Shown here piece after piece: positions 1 to 10,038 of a DNA stretch of 32,000 nucleotides. The stretch comes from Vibrio vulnificus CMCP6 (GTDB lineage: Bacteria; Pseudomonadota; Gammaproteobacteria; Enterobacterales; Vibrionaceae), in NCBI RefSeq assembly GCF_000039765.1, contig NC_004459.3, positions 270,001 through 302,000 on the forward strand, read 5' to 3'. The translations under genes and the position numbers were made by a program. The first letter of the stretch is position 1. Every line of letters starts with the position of its first letter. The notes under the pieces were generated by a model. That model was not told where the DNA came from. It saw only the letters and a program-made list of their open reading frames with translations, and did not search any database.

Positions 1-1059
1 CCACTTCTTCTAGGCATTTTGGCCCTGATGGGGTTTGGCTTAGTTGTGATGTACAGTGCCAGCGGGCAAAGTTTGGCGATGATGGATCGCCAAGCGATGC
101 GCATGGCACTCTCTATCGTGGTGATGCTCGTGTTAGCGCAAATTTCACCACGCACCTACGAATCGTTAGCCCCTTTAATGTTTGTTGGCGGCGTAATCCT
201 TCTTCTTGGCGTACTCTTTTTCGGTGAAGCGTCAAAAGGAGCTCAACGCTGGTTGAATCTTGGTTTCGTCCGCTTTCAGCCCTCAGAGCTGCTTAAACTG
301 GCGGTACCATTAATGGTAGCGCGCTTCATTGGTAAACGGCCGCTGCCTCCCACCTTCCAAACCTTGTGTATCGCATTGGTGATGGTGTTCATTCCGACCA
401 TTTTGATCGCCAAACAACCTGACCTCGGCACTTCGATTCTGATTGCGGCCTCGGGTATTTTCGTTATCTTCTTAGCGGGGATCAGCTGGCGCATTATTGG
501 TGCGGCAGCGGTGGCGTTAGCCGCATTTATCCCAATTTTGTGGTTCTTCTTGATGCGCGAGTATCAGAAAGTGCGTGTCAGGACCCTTTTTAATCCTGAG
601 TCAGATCCTCTTGGTGCGGGCTATCATATTATTCAGAGTAAAATCGCCATCGGTTCTGGCGGCATATCTGGTAAGGGCTGGCTGCAAGGGACACAGTCTC
701 AACTCGAATTTCTTCCTGAGCGACATACCGACTTCATCTTTGCGGTGATTGCCGAAGAATGGGGCATGATTGGCTTCTTACTGCTGCTGTCGCTGTACCT
801 ATTCATCATCGGTCGTGGGCTTTACTTAGCGTCTCAAGCACAAACGGCGTTTGGCCGTATGATGGCAGGCAGTGTTGTGTTGAGCTTTTTCGTTTACATC
901 TTTGTTAACATCGGCATGGTCAGCGGTATCTTGCCCGTTGTGGGGGTACCACTGCCACTCATCAGTTATGGCGGTACTTCCATGGTGACCTTGATGGCGG
1001 GCTTCGGTATTCTGATGTCTATCCATACTCACCGTAAAGCATTCTCAAAGGCAAATTAA
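1..1059 (+). CDS. rodA: RodA/MrdB, rod-shape-determining SEDS glycosyltransferase, 5'-truncated by window edge
   Basis: Frame is open from base 1 ([21 protein letters not shown]...). SEDS motifs ([38 protein letters not shown]; [11 protein letters not shown]). Sits upstream of rlpA and dacA. Confidence 0.97.
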   Translation, partial: PLLLGILALMGFGLVVMYSASGQSLAMMDRQAMRMALSIVVMLVLAQISPRTYESLAPLMFVGGVILLLGVLFFGEASKGAQRWLNLGFVRFQPSELLKLAVPLMVARFIGKRPLPPTFQTLCIALVMVFIPTILIAKQPDLGTSILIAASGIFVIFLAGISWRIIGAAAVALAAFIPILWFFLMREYQKVRVRTLFNPESDPLGAGYHIIQSKIAIGSGGISGKGWLQGTQSQLEFLPERHTDFIFAVIAEEWGMIGFLLLLSLYLFIIGRGLYLASQAQTAFGRMMAGSVVLSFFVYIFVNIGMVSGILPVVGVPLPLISYGGTSMVTLMAGFGILMSIHTHRKAFSKAN

Positions 1060-1853
1060 TGAATAAATCCATTGTTATCTTCAGTTTACTTTGCGGCGCG
1101 TCGCTTTTAGCGGGCTGTAGCTCTAAACCTGAGGGGCGCTATAGCCTAGAGTCAGATGTTGCACCTGACCAACCGATTTCCGTCGAGCATATCGAAGATG
1201 CCCACCCACGTTATGAGCCATACAGCTTAGGTGGAAACAAAGATTACACTTTGCGCGGTCAAGACTACAAAATTGTGCGCGATGTAAAAGGGTTTAAAGA
1301 GTCTGGTATTGCCTCTTGGTACGGTAAAAAATTCCAAGGCCATCTCACCTCAAATGGTGAAATCTACGATATGTACTCGATGACCGCAGCACATAAAACC
1401 TTGCCATTGCCAAGTTACGTGAAGGTGACCAACAAAGACAATGGCAAAAGCACCATTGTGCGGGTGAACGATCGTGGTCCTTTCCACGAAGGACGTATCA
1501 TTGACCTGAGCTACGCCGCCGCTTACAAACTGGATGTACTAAAAACGGGCACCGCCAATGTGGAAATTGAAGTATTGAACTTTGAACCACCAACCGATGC
1601 TAAAGCGCTGGAAAATCATCCCAAATATTTCATTCAAGTATTAAGTTCAAAATCTGCCGAACGAGCGAGAACTTTAGGACAAGATCTTGGTCAAAGCCTG
1701 AATGTAGACTCTTTCTTAGAAAGCACCGACGATACACATCGTCTCATGTTGGGGCCATTTACTGACTTTACGCTGACGCAACAGATCTTGGATCAGGTTA
1801 AGTTGGCGGGTCATGAAAGCGCCTTCATCAGAAAGCGAGCCATAACTCGTTGA
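1059..1853 (+). CDS. rlpA: RlpA, septal ring lytic transglycosylase / rare lipoprotein A with C-terminal SPOR domain
   Basis: Lipobox (LLAGC), GIASWYGKKFQGHLTSNGEIYDMYSMTAAHKTLPLPSYVKVTN double-psi barrel, C-terminal SPOR-like region. Start codon overlaps rodA stop. Confidence 0.97.
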   Translation: MNKSIVIFSLLCGASLLAGCSSKPEGRYSLESDVAPDQPISVEHIEDAHPRYEPYSLGGNKDYTLRGQDYKIVRDVKGFKESGIASWYGKKFQGHLTSNGEIYDMYSMTAAHKTLPLPSYVKVTNKDNGKSTIVRVNDRGPFHEGRIIDLSYAAAYKLDVLKTGTANVEIEVLNFEPPTDAKALENHPKYFIQVLSSKSAERARTLGQDLGQSLNVDSFLESTDDTHRLMLGPFTDFTLTQQILDQVKLAGHESAFIRKRAITR

Positions 1854-1945
1854 CAACTGACACGACACTTTCTAGTGTTAGACGCTCTGACTTACAGTGC
1901 GAATCTGTTAAGATATGGACAATTAACCAAAAAAATTGAATTACC

Positions 1946-3127
1946 ATGAACAAAACAACAAAAATTGTGAAATCCACTCTCGTTTCTTCCCTTGCACTTT
2001 CTGCAACGCTGGCTTACTCAGTTTCTGCTGCTCCAGTTGTGGTGCCTGACGCGCCACAAATCGCAGCTAAAGGTTTTGTTCTAATGGACTACCATTCAGG
2101 CAAAGTCCTGGCTGAAAAAGAGATGAACACTAAGCTCTCTCCAGCCAGCTTGACCAAAATGATGACCAGCTACGTGATTGGCCAAGAGCTTGAACGTGGC
2201 AACATCAGCCTAGAAGATGACGTAGTCGTCAGTAAAAACGCTTGGGCGAAGAACTTCCCTGACTCTTCAAAAATGTTTATCGAAGTGGGCACCACGGTAA
2301 AAGTAAAAGATCTTAACCGTGGCATCATCATCCAATCCGGTAACGACGCCTGTGTGGCCATGGCAGAACATATTGCGGGTTCAGAAGATGCGTTTGTTGA
2401 TCTCATGAACGCTTGGGCAAGTTCTATTGGCATGACCAACACACATTTTGCCAACGTACATGGTTTGGATAACGCCAACCTATACTCAACGCCGTACGAC
2501 ATGGCGCTCCTTGGTCAAGCATTGATCCGTGATGTGCCGGATGAATACCGTATCTACTCAGAGCAAAAATTTACTTACAACGGCATTACCCAGTACAACC
2601 GTAACGGTCTGTTGTGGGATAAAAGCATGAATGTGGATGGCATCAAAACGGGCCACACAAGCAATGCAGGTTACAGCCTAGTAAGTTCTGCCACTGAAGG
2701 TAAGATGCGTCTTATCGCTGTCGTCATGGGCACCAAAGACATGAACGCACGTAAGTCAGAAAGTAAGAAACTTCTGAGTTACGGCTTCCGTTTCTTCGAA
2801 ACCGTTGCGCCGCACAAAGCCGGTGAAACTTTCGTCGAAGAAAAAATCTGGATGGGTAACAAAGACACCCTAGCATTGGGCGTTAATGAAGACACTTACG
2901 TCACGCTACCTCGTGGTCAAGCGAAAAACCTCACCGCCAGTTTTGTACTTGAAAAAGAACTTCAAGCTCCGATTAAGAAAGGCGATGTGGTTGGTAAGCT
3001 TTACTACCAAGTCGATGGTGAAGATGTGGCTCAGTACCCACTACTGGCTCTTGAGTCTGTAGATGAAGGCAGCCTATTCAGCCGTCTTTGGGATTATCTA
3101 GTACTGCTATTTAAGAGCCTGTTCTAA
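1946..3127 (+). CDS. dacA: D-alanyl-D-alanine carboxypeptidase (PBP5/PBP6 family)
   Basis: SxxK (SPASLTKMMTSY), SGND (QSGNDACVAMAEH) and KTG (DGIKTGHTSNAGY) motifs; signal peptide; C-terminal amphipathic anchor. Confidence 0.97.
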   Translation: MNKTTKIVKSTLVSSLALSATLAYSVSAAPVVVPDAPQIAAKGFVLMDYHSGKVLAEKEMNTKLSPASLTKMMTSYVIGQELERGNISLEDDVVVSKNAWAKNFPDSSKMFIEVGTTVKVKDLNRGIIIQSGNDACVAMAEHIAGSEDAFVDLMNAWASSIGMTNTHFANVHGLDNANLYSTPYDMALLGQALIRDVPDEYRIYSEQKFTYNGITQYNRNGLLWDKSMNVDGIKTGHTSNAGYSLVSSATEGKMRLIAVVMGTKDMNARKSESKKLLSYGFRFFETVAPHKAGETFVEEKIWMGNKDTLALGVNEDTYVTLPRGQAKNLTASFVLEKELQAPIKKGDVVGKLYYQVDGEDVAQYPLLALESVDEGSLFSRLWDYLVLLFKSLF

Positions 3128-3150
3128 TTTCAAAACAGACTGTTAGCCTA

Positions 3151-3175
3151 AAGCCGCCAATTTGGCGGCTTTGTT
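3151..3175 (+). terminator. Intrinsic terminator-like hairpin after dacA
   Basis: AAGCCGCCAA/TTGGCGGCTT perfect stem followed by a short T-rich tail. Confidence 0.75.
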
Positions 3176-3249
3176 GTACTTGAGTTCACATAAAACAGAC
3201 GTTACTATTGCGCCCCGCATAACCGAATATCTAACTGGAGTTATCCTCA

Positions 3250-3528
3250 ATGCTCACCATCAACTCTGATGCCAAACTGAAAGATCTTCTTGAGTTCCCT
3301 TGTTCATTTACATACAAGGTAATGGGTTACGCAAAACCTGAACTGCCAGAGAAAGTGTTGGAAGTGATTCAGCGCCATGCTCCTGGAGATTACAGCCCTG
3401 CAGTAAAACCTAGTGCAAAAGGTAACTATCACTCGGTTTCTATCAACATCACTGCCACCTCTATCGAGCAGGTTGAAACGCTGTACAAAGAGCTTGGCGA
3501 AATCGACATTGTACGCATGGTTCTATAA
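3250..3528 (+). CDS. ybeD: YbeD/DUF493 family protein
   Basis: 92 aa; [20 protein letters not shown]...[23 protein letters not shown]; conserved position between dacA and lipB. Confidence 0.93.
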   Translation: MLTINSDAKLKDLLEFPCSFTYKVMGYAKPELPEKVLEVIQRHAPGDYSPAVKPSAKGNYHSVSINITATSIEQVETLYKELGEIDIVRMVL

Positions 3529-3553
3529 TTTTTTGATAAATTAAATTTTTTTT

Positions 3554-3579
3554 GAAAGCAGCTTATGGCTGCTTTCTTT
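3554..3579 (+). terminator. Intrinsic terminator after ybeD
   Basis: GAAAGCAGC-TTATG-GCTGCTTTC stem with T-rich tail. Confidence 0.7.
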
Positions 3580-3706
3580 ATATTTATCAGAGAGATAAAA
3601 ACCTAAGCACGACCAAATGCGTTAAATAGTTGTGAAACAAATATAGTTCCCAACCGTGAACAGGTTTATAATGCAAAAACTTTACTAAGCGATAACAGGA
3701 AATATC

Positions 3707-4363
3707 ATGCAAAACCAATTAGTTGTAAAACGACTTGGCCGTCGAGATTACCTGCCAGTATGGCAAGCAATGCATGAATTTACTGATACACGCAACGAGG
3801 AAACACCGGATGAAGTGTGGCTGGTTGAACACAACCCCGTTTTTACCCAAGGCCAAGCGGGTAAAGCAGAACATCTTCTCAATACCGGTGATATTCCTGT
3901 TGTGCAAAGCGATCGTGGCGGACAAGTGACTTATCATGGACCCGGTCAACTGGTGGCCTATTTCCTCATCAACCTACGTCGCAAAAAATTGGGTGTGCGA
4001 GATCTCGTCACGACTATCGAGAACCTCGTAATCAATACGCTTAAAGCATACAATATCGACTCCGCAGCCAGACCGGATGCACCCGGCGTTTACGTCGAGG
4101 GTAGAAAGATATGTTCGTTAGGTCTGCGCATCCGAAAAGGATGCTCTTTCCACGGGCTCGCACTCAACGTAAATATGGACCTTTCCCCTTTCTTGAGAAT
4201 TAACCCATGTGGTTATCAAGGCATGGAGATGGTTCAGGTGAGTGAGCTTGGTGGCCCTAAGGACATCGCTCTCGTTGAGCAACAATTAGTCAAAGAACTG
4301 GTAAATTTGCTTGGTTATGAGCAAGTTGAATTCAGCACAGAAGCAGAAGTAAGAGAAGCATGA
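3707..4363 (+). CDS. lipB: Octanoyltransferase LipB
   Basis: [61 protein letters not shown] motifs; overlaps lipA by 4 nt. Confidence 0.98.
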   Translation: MQNQLVVKRLGRRDYLPVWQAMHEFTDTRNEETPDEVWLVEHNPVFTQGQAGKAEHLLNTGDIPVVQSDRGGQVTYHGPGQLVAYFLINLRRKKLGVRDLVTTIENLVINTLKAYNIDSAARPDAPGVYVEGRKICSLGLRIRKGCSFHGLALNVNMDLSPFLRINPCGYQGMEMVQVSELGGPKDIALVEQQLVKELVNLLGYEQVEFSTEAEVREA

Positions 4364-5325
4364 GTAAACCAATCCAGATGGAAAAAGGCGTTAAATACCG
4401 TGACGCCGACAAAATGGCTCTGATTCCCGTCAAGAACATGCCGACAGAGCAAAAAGAGGTCCTACGCAAGCCTGATTGGATGAAGATCAAGTTGCCTGCA
4501 GATAGCCAACGCATTCAAGATATTAAATCCGCTATGCGTAAAAACAATCTGCACTCGGTTTGTGAAGAGGCTTCTTGTCCAAACTTGGCGGAGTGCTTCA
4601 ACCACGGTACGGCAACCTTTATGATTCTAGGTGCCATTTGTACACGCCGTTGTCCATTCTGTGATGTTGCCCATGGCCGACCTCTTCCTCCAGAAGCAGA
4701 AGAACCCACGAAGCTGGCAAAAACCATTGCCGACATGAAACTCAAATACGTGGTGATTACCTCCGTAGACCGCGACGATCTGCGTGACGGTGGGGCAAAA
4801 CATTTTGCCGATTGTAACCGTGAAATTCGCGCTCAAAGCCCACATATTCGTATCGAAACATTGGTTCCTGATTTCCGTGGTCGTATGGACGTGGCACTAG
4901 AAGCACTAAAAGATAACCCGCCAGACGTCTTCAACCACAACTTGGAAACGGCACCACGCCTGTACCGTAAGGTGCGTCCAGGGGCAAACTACCAATGGTC
5001 ACTGGATCTTCTGAAGAAATTCAAAGAGCAGCATCCTGATGTCCCAACCAAATCGGGACTCATGATGGGTTTAGGTGAAACCAAAGAAGAGATCGTTGAA
5101 GTGCTCAAAGATCTTCGTGCGCATGGTGTGACCATGCTGACACTCGGCCAATACCTTGCTCCAAGTCGCCACCATCTTCCGGTAGAGCGTTACGTTCCAC
5201 CAGCAGAATTTGATGAGCTCAAAGAGATTGCTCTGGAACTCGGTTTCACTCATGCAGCTTGTGGTCCATTTGTGCGTTCGTCTTATCATGCTGATATGCA
5301 GGCGCAAGGCTTAGAAGTCAAATAG
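4360..5325 (+). CDS. lipA: Lipoyl synthase LipA (radical SAM)
   Basis: [13 protein letters not shown] and [13 protein letters not shown] cysteine motifs; [13 protein letters not shown]; C-terminal [11 protein letters not shown]. Confidence 0.99.
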   Translation: MSKPIQMEKGVKYRDADKMALIPVKNMPTEQKEVLRKPDWMKIKLPADSQRIQDIKSAMRKNNLHSVCEEASCPNLAECFNHGTATFMILGAICTRRCPFCDVAHGRPLPPEAEEPTKLAKTIADMKLKYVVITSVDRDDLRDGGAKHFADCNREIRAQSPHIRIETLVPDFRGRMDVALEALKDNPPDVFNHNLETAPRLYRKVRPGANYQWSLDLLKKFKEQHPDVPTKSGLMMGLGETKEEIVEVLKDLRAHGVTMLTLGQYLAPSRHHLPVERYVPPAEFDELKEIALELGFTHAACGPFVRSSYHADMQAQGLEVK

Positions 5326-5352
5326 GCCAAATCACTGATTGCCTCGAAAAAC

Positions 5353-5381
5353 AAAAAGCTGGTATTGATAACCAGCTTTTT
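5353..5381 (+). terminator. Intrinsic terminator after lipA
   Basis: AAAAAGCTGGT-TATTGAT-ACCAGCTTTTT. Confidence 0.85.
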
Positions 5382-5524
5382 ATTTGTCTTAAATCTTTGT
5401 CTATCCAGCCTTCACGACATGAATTGCTTGTCATCTATTGGTCAATTCTATAGGCTTGATGCAAACGTATATCCATCGCATTGCGTATGGCATTCTAAAT
5501 TTTCAAAAAAGTAGGATTGATTAG

Positions 5525-5860
5525 ATGAACAAATTAGGTTTTATCACCCTATTCGCCTCGGCTCTTTTGGTTGGTTGTGCCCAACAAAACACCGCACAAG
5601 ATAACTACCGCGAAGCGTCCTTTGAGCTCTGCAATACCGAAGTAAAACTTTACTCAGTCAGTAAAGACGGACGTGTCCGTATTGTATGCGCTGATGGTGC
5701 GAAGTTTGCACTAAACAGTGAAGAGACATTGAATGTGATGCGTGATATCAATATCGATTACTGTGATGGCGAAGGCTTAGGCAAGTTTAGCGAAACCAAT
5801 AGCTACTACTCGTTCCAATGTAAATCAGGTTCGCTATTAAGCATTTCTAAAGACAAGTAA
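5525..5860 (+). CDS. Small predicted outer-membrane/periplasmic lipoprotein of unknown function
   Basis: 111 aa; signal peptide with lipobox LLVGC; flanked by the lipA and glyA terminators, so likely a monocistronic unit. Confidence 0.75.
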   Translation: MNKLGFITLFASALLVGCAQQNTAQDNYREASFELCNTEVKLYSVSKDGRVRIVCADGAKFALNSEETLNVMRDINIDYCDGEGLGKFSETNSYYSFQCKSGSLLSISKDK

Positions 5861-5942
5861 TAGCTCTCGCCACTCAAACACTCTTGGTTGAATGGTGACT
5901 TTTCTTGTTCCTTTTACTGTTTCGACGAAGAAATGTTAGAAG

Positions 5943-5971
5943 AAAAAAGGCTTCCATCCGGAAGCCTTTTT
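5943..5971 (-). terminator. Terminator for glyA (possibly bidirectional)
   Basis: AAAAAGGCTTCC-GGAT-GGAAGCCTTTTTT on minus strand. Confidence 0.85.
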
Positions 5972-5992
5972 GATGTTCAAGTAGCCAAAATC

Positions 5993-7243
5993 TTATGCGT
6001 AAACAGGTAGACGCTTACAGATTTCTAGTACTTTCTGTTTCGTTGCTTCGATAACCGCTTCATTGCCGATGTTATCTAATACGTCACACATCCAGTTTGC
6101 TAGCTCTTTCGCGTCCGCTTCCGTAAAGCCACGGCGAGTAATCGCAGGCGTACCAACACGAATACCCGAAGTGACAAATGGGCTACGAGGGTCGTTTGGT
6201 ACTGAGTTCTTGTTTACCGTGATGTTTGCTGCGCCTAGTGCCGCATCCGCATCTTTACCCGTGATGTCTTTGTCGATAAGGTCAACAAGGAACAGGTGGT
6301 TTTCTGTACCGTTAGATACGATTTTGTAACCGCGCTCTTGGAACTGAGCCACCATCGCTTTTGCATTTTTCACTACGCGCGCTTGGTAAGCTTTAAACTC
6401 AGGTTCCATCGCTTCTTTGAACGCTACTGCTTTACCAGCGATAACGTGCATCAGAGGGCCACCCTGACCACCAGGGAAAACGGCTGAGTTCAGTTTCTTG
6501 TACATGTCTTCGCCAGCGTTAGACAGGATAAGACCACCACGTGGACCTGCTAGCGTTTTGTGCGTTGTCGTCGTCACTACGTGTGCGTGAGGAACTGGTG
6601 TTGGATATTCACCTGCTGCGATAAGACCCGCAACGTGCGCCATATCGACGAATAGGTAAGCGTCAACTTTGTCCGCGATTTCACGCATACGCTTCCAATC
6701 AACGATTTGAGAGTACGCTGAGAAACCACCGATGATCATCTTAGGTTTGTGCTCAAGCGCTAGCGTTTCCATCTCGTCGTAGTTAATTTGACCCGCTTCA
6801 TCGATACCGTAAGGGATAACGTTGTAGTGCTTACCAGAGAAGTTAACTGGTGAGCCGTGCGTCAAGTGGCCACCGTGCGCAAGGCTCATACCTAATACAG
6901 TGTCGCCTGGGTTAAGCAGCGCCATATACACTGCACTGTTTGCTTGAGAACCTGAGTGAGGCTGTACGTTTGCATATTCACAACCGAACAACTGGCATGC
7001 GCGATCAATTGCGAGTGCTTCCGCTTTATCAACATATTCACAGCCACCGTAGTAACGCTTGCCTGGGTAGCCTTCAGCGTACTTATTGGTTAGCTGAGAG
7101 CCTTGAGCTTCCATTACACGTGGGCTTGTGTAGTTTTCTGAAGCGATCAGCTCGATGTGTTCTTCCTGGCGAAGAGTTTCTTCCTGGATAGCTGCGAATA
7201 GCTCCGCATCGTAATCAGCGATATTCATATCACGCTTAAGCAT
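5993..7243 (-). CDS. glyA: Serine hydroxymethyltransferase
   Basis: [38 protein letters not shown]; [17 protein letters not shown]-lysine motif. Start placed at [15 protein letters not shown] (7243), shortening the track ORF by 21 aa to 416 aa. Confidence 0.98.
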   Translation of the reverse strand: MLKRDMNIADYDAELFAAIQEETLRQEEHIELIASENYTSPRVMEAQGSQLTNKYAEGYPGKRYYGGCEYVDKAEALAIDRACQLFGCEYANVQPHSGSQANSAVYMALLNPGDTVLGMSLAHGGHLTHGSPVNFSGKHYNVIPYGIDEAGQINYDEMETLALEHKPKMIIGGFSAYSQIVDWKRMREIADKVDAYLFVDMAHVAGLIAAGEYPTPVPHAHVVTTTTHKTLAGPRGGLILSNAGEDMYKKLNSAVFPGGQGGPLMHVIAGKAVAFKEAMEPEFKAYQARVVKNAKAMVAQFQERGYKIVSNGTENHLFLVDLIDKDITGKDADAALGAANITVNKNSVPNDPRSPFVTSGIRVGTPAITRRGFTEADAKELANWMCDVLDNIGNEAVIEATKQKVLEICKRLPVYA

Positions 7244-7300
7244 CTGTATCTCCTGACTCAGATTTGACTGAAAGTTGCAAAAAAACTGGTTAATGACCCA

Positions 7301-7316
7301 ACGCAAACGTTTTCGT
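7301..7316 (-). promoter_or_regulatory. PurR operator-like site upstream of glyA
   Basis: ACGCAAACGTTTTCGT, essentially the textbook PurR box, 58 bp upstream of the glyA start. Confidence 0.8.
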
Positions 7317-7588
7317 CACCATAATGGCGCGCATTCTACATAATTTGATCCAGGTCATAAAGAGAAAATTCACTTTTCTCTATGCAGTTTCTTCATGATG
7401 ACATGTGAAAGATTTCATCTTGGCTTTGTCCTTAAGCGAAAATGCAATCTAAAGTGTCAATTTTGCGTTTCACACCCTGTAAAACAACAATTACATAGGT
7501 TTACCCTAATTTTAACCCGCTAGCTACCAAAAAGATCAGCTTTTTACTACTATGCACGCCCTTAATCGCAAATGAAATTTAACCACTG

Positions 7589-8188
7589 ATGGAAAAACAC
7601 TCACGTAGAGAAGACTGGATCGCCATATTGACCGGCACCTTCCTCGTCGCCCAAGGCGTCTTTTTTCTGCAATCAGCCAATCTACTGACAGGCGGGACAA
7701 CTGGGCTTGCTCTGTTAGTCACTCAGTTTACTCCATTCACTTTTGGAATGTTGTATTTTTTGGCGAACTGCCCTTTCTATTTATTGGCTTGGAAACGCTA
7801 TGGGCGTCGCTTTGCTTTTAATAGTGCCATTTCTGGTGGTTTAGTCTCGATTTTTGCCGATAACCTATATTTAGTAATCTCTGTTGAGCATATCAATGAA
7901 GTTTACTGCGCGATTGCGGGTGGGCTGTTAATGGGTCTAGGCATGCTTATCCTATTTCGTCATCGCTCCAGTTTGGGAGGCTTTAACGTGCTTTGCCTCT
8001 ACATCCAAGATAAATTTGGTGTTTCAGTGGGCAAATCGCAGATGGCAATTGATGCAACCATCCTATTTGCTTCCTTTTTCTTTGTCAGCCCGACCACGAT
8101 CGCACTGTCGATTCTCGGCGCTTTTGCGTTGAATTTAGTACTCGCGATGAATCATAAGCCGCATCGATACTCGGTTCGTTATCAGTAA
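7589..8188 (+). CDS. YitT-family multi-spanning membrane protein
   Basis: 199 aa, several hydrophobic helices, NLLTGGTTGLALL / SSLGGFNVLCLYIQDKFGVSVGKSQMAID repeats typical of the YitT family. Confidence 0.75.
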   Translation: MEKHSRREDWIAILTGTFLVAQGVFFLQSANLLTGGTTGLALLVTQFTPFTFGMLYFLANCPFYLLAWKRYGRRFAFNSAISGGLVSIFADNLYLVISVEHINEVYCAIAGGLLMGLGMLILFRHRSSLGGFNVLCLYIQDKFGVSVGKSQMAIDATILFASFFFVSPTTIALSILGAFALNLVLAMNHKPHRYSVRYQ

Positions 8189-8208
8189 TTTGTTTTACCC
8201 TGCAACAA

Positions 8209-8239
8209 AAAAAGGCTTTGGAACTTCCAAAGCCTTTGA
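8209..8239 (-). terminator. Terminator of treBC operon
   Basis: AAAGGCTTTGG-AAGTT-CCAAAGCCTTTTTTTTG on minus strand. Confidence 0.85.
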
Positions 8240-8286
8240 ACGTATTAGGGGTGTGCCGTTAGCGTTCTTTATAACCAACAACAAAC

Positions 8287-9972
8287 TTAACGTTCAATCA
8301 AGAGAATACGAGTCTCGTAAGGTTTGAGCACTTGGTGATGCGAAGCCATGGCACTCGGTTGATTTTGGTAGTTAGACAGCAAACATTTCGCTTTACGCAT
8401 GTCGAGATCCAATGGCAACACGCACTCTACTTCTTCCCCGTAGTAGTTATTGATGCACACCAGTTGCTGAGCCGCACTGGTCCGTGCATAAGCAAACACA
8501 CTCTGATGCTCGGGTAATAAGTCTTGATAATCACCTTGGGTGATCACTGGCTCTTCTTTACGCAGTTCAATCAATCGCTTATAGAAATAGAACACCGAAT
8601 TGAGATCCGCCACCGCCGCTTCCGCGTTGATCTTCGGGTAGTTACTCGCCACCGCTAACCAAGGTTCTCCTTGCGTAAATCCTGCGTGTTTTTCTTCTGA
8701 CCACTGCATTGGGGTGCGTGAATTATCACGAGACTTTTGTGCCAAAATTGCCATCATTTCGTCATGGTCAATTCCTTGCTGCTCAACCATGATCTGATAC
8801 ATGTTGGTGCTTTCAACATCACGATACTGTTCAATCGCTGTATACCCTGGGTTGGTCATGCCAATTTCTTCGCCTTGATAAACATAAGGCGTGCCTTGCA
8901 TCATATGAACCGAGGCAGCCAACATTTTTGCCGATTCAACGCGATACACTTGATCGTTGCCCAAACGGCTCACGATACGTGGCTGATCATGGTTACACCA
9001 AAAGAGCGCTCCCCACCCTTTCCCATTCAGGCCGGTTTGCCAATGATTAAAAATCTGTTTGAGCTGGAGAAAGTCAAATGGTGCCTTGGTCCATTTTTCA
9101 CCATTTGAATAATCCACTTTCAGGTGATGGAAATTGAACACCATGGAAAGCTCTTTGCCATCAAGTGAGGAGTACTGCTGACAATGCTCTAAGGTTGTCG
9201 ATGACATCTCACCCACTGTCACACTGCCATACTTTTGGAAAACGGCTTGACTGATCTCTTGGAGATAGTCGTGCACACGCGGTCCATCAGTATAGAAACG
9301 ACGCCCATCGCCAATCTCATCGTCGCAAAAATCTTGTTGCTTCGAAATCAGATTGATGACGTCCAGACGAAATCCGTCGACGCCTTTTTCCGCCCAAAAA
9401 CGAATAACATTTTTCACTTCCTCACGAACCGTGGGATTTTCCCAATTGAGATCGGCCTGCTCTTTGGCGAAAAGGTGCAGATAATATTGGCCCGTTTGTT
9501 CATCCAGCGCCCAAGCGCTGCCGCCAAACTTAGACTGCCAATTATTGGGCACTTTTCCTTCCACTGGGTCTTTCCAGATGTAGTAATCCCGATACGGACT
9601 GTTTTTGTTACCCAGTGCCGATTGAAACCAAGCGTGTTCGGTCGAGGTGTGGTTCACCACAATGTCCATGATAAGACGGATTCCAAGCTGATGCGCTTTC
9701 TCGAGCAATTCATCAAAATCAGCCATCGTGCCAAACTGAGGATTAATTCGGTAGTAATCCGAAATGTCGTATCCATTATCGACCATCGGCGATTGGTAAA
9801 CCGGCGTTAGCCAGATTGCATCAATACCGAGATGCTTCAAATATTCCAACTTAGAGATGATGCCTTGAATATCTCCCGTCCCCTTTGCCCCGCTGTCGCA
9901 AAAACTTTTTGGGTAGATTTGATAGATAGTGGCGGTTTTCCACCAATGTGCATCTGTGTTACGTGTTGTCAT
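8287..9972 (-). CDS. treC: Trehalose-6-phosphate hydrolase (alpha,alpha-phosphotrehalase)
   Basis: GH13 motifs: DIVVNHTS, GVDGFRLDVINLISK, YQGEEIGMTN; WWKTATIYQIYPKSFCDS; adjacent treB. Confidence 0.97.
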   Translation of the reverse strand: MTTRNTDAHWWKTATIYQIYPKSFCDSGAKGTGDIQGIISKLEYLKHLGIDAIWLTPVYQSPMVDNGYDISDYYRINPQFGTMADFDELLEKAHQLGIRLIMDIVVNHTSTEHAWFQSALGNKNSPYRDYYIWKDPVEGKVPNNWQSKFGGSAWALDEQTGQYYLHLFAKEQADLNWENPTVREEVKNVIRFWAEKGVDGFRLDVINLISKQQDFCDDEIGDGRRFYTDGPRVHDYLQEISQAVFQKYGSVTVGEMSSTTLEHCQQYSSLDGKELSMVFNFHHLKVDYSNGEKWTKAPFDFLQLKQIFNHWQTGLNGKGWGALFWCNHDQPRIVSRLGNDQVYRVESAKMLAASVHMMQGTPYVYQGEEIGMTNPGYTAIEQYRDVESTNMYQIMVEQQGIDHDEMMAILAQKSRDNSRTPMQWSEEKHAGFTQGEPWLAVASNYPKINAEAAVADLNSVFYFYKRLIELRKEEPVITQGDYQDLLPEHQSVFAYARTSAAQQLVCINNYYGEEVECVLPLDLDMRKAKCLLSNYQNQPSAMASHHQVLKPYETRILLIER

Positions 9973-10038
9973 GGTAAAGACTCACTTACCGAAGAGAAAC
10001 AAAGCGGAGTGGCCATTCGCCACTCCAAATCGATGAAA

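Noticed and set aside
7244-7306. N-terminal extension of glyA ([21 protein letters not shown])
   Set aside because: Overlaps the PurR operator and is absent from the conserved 416-aa SHMT architecture.
7341-7356. FNR-like half site (TTGATCCAGGTCAT) near the glyA/yitT-like intergenic region
   Set aside because: Only one half matches the TTGAT-N4-ATCAA consensus well; too weak to call.
8332-9810. Several plus-strand ORFs antisense to treC (including the 191-aa one at 9235-9810)
   Set aside because: Mirror frames of a strong GH13 coding sequence; no independent coding signals.
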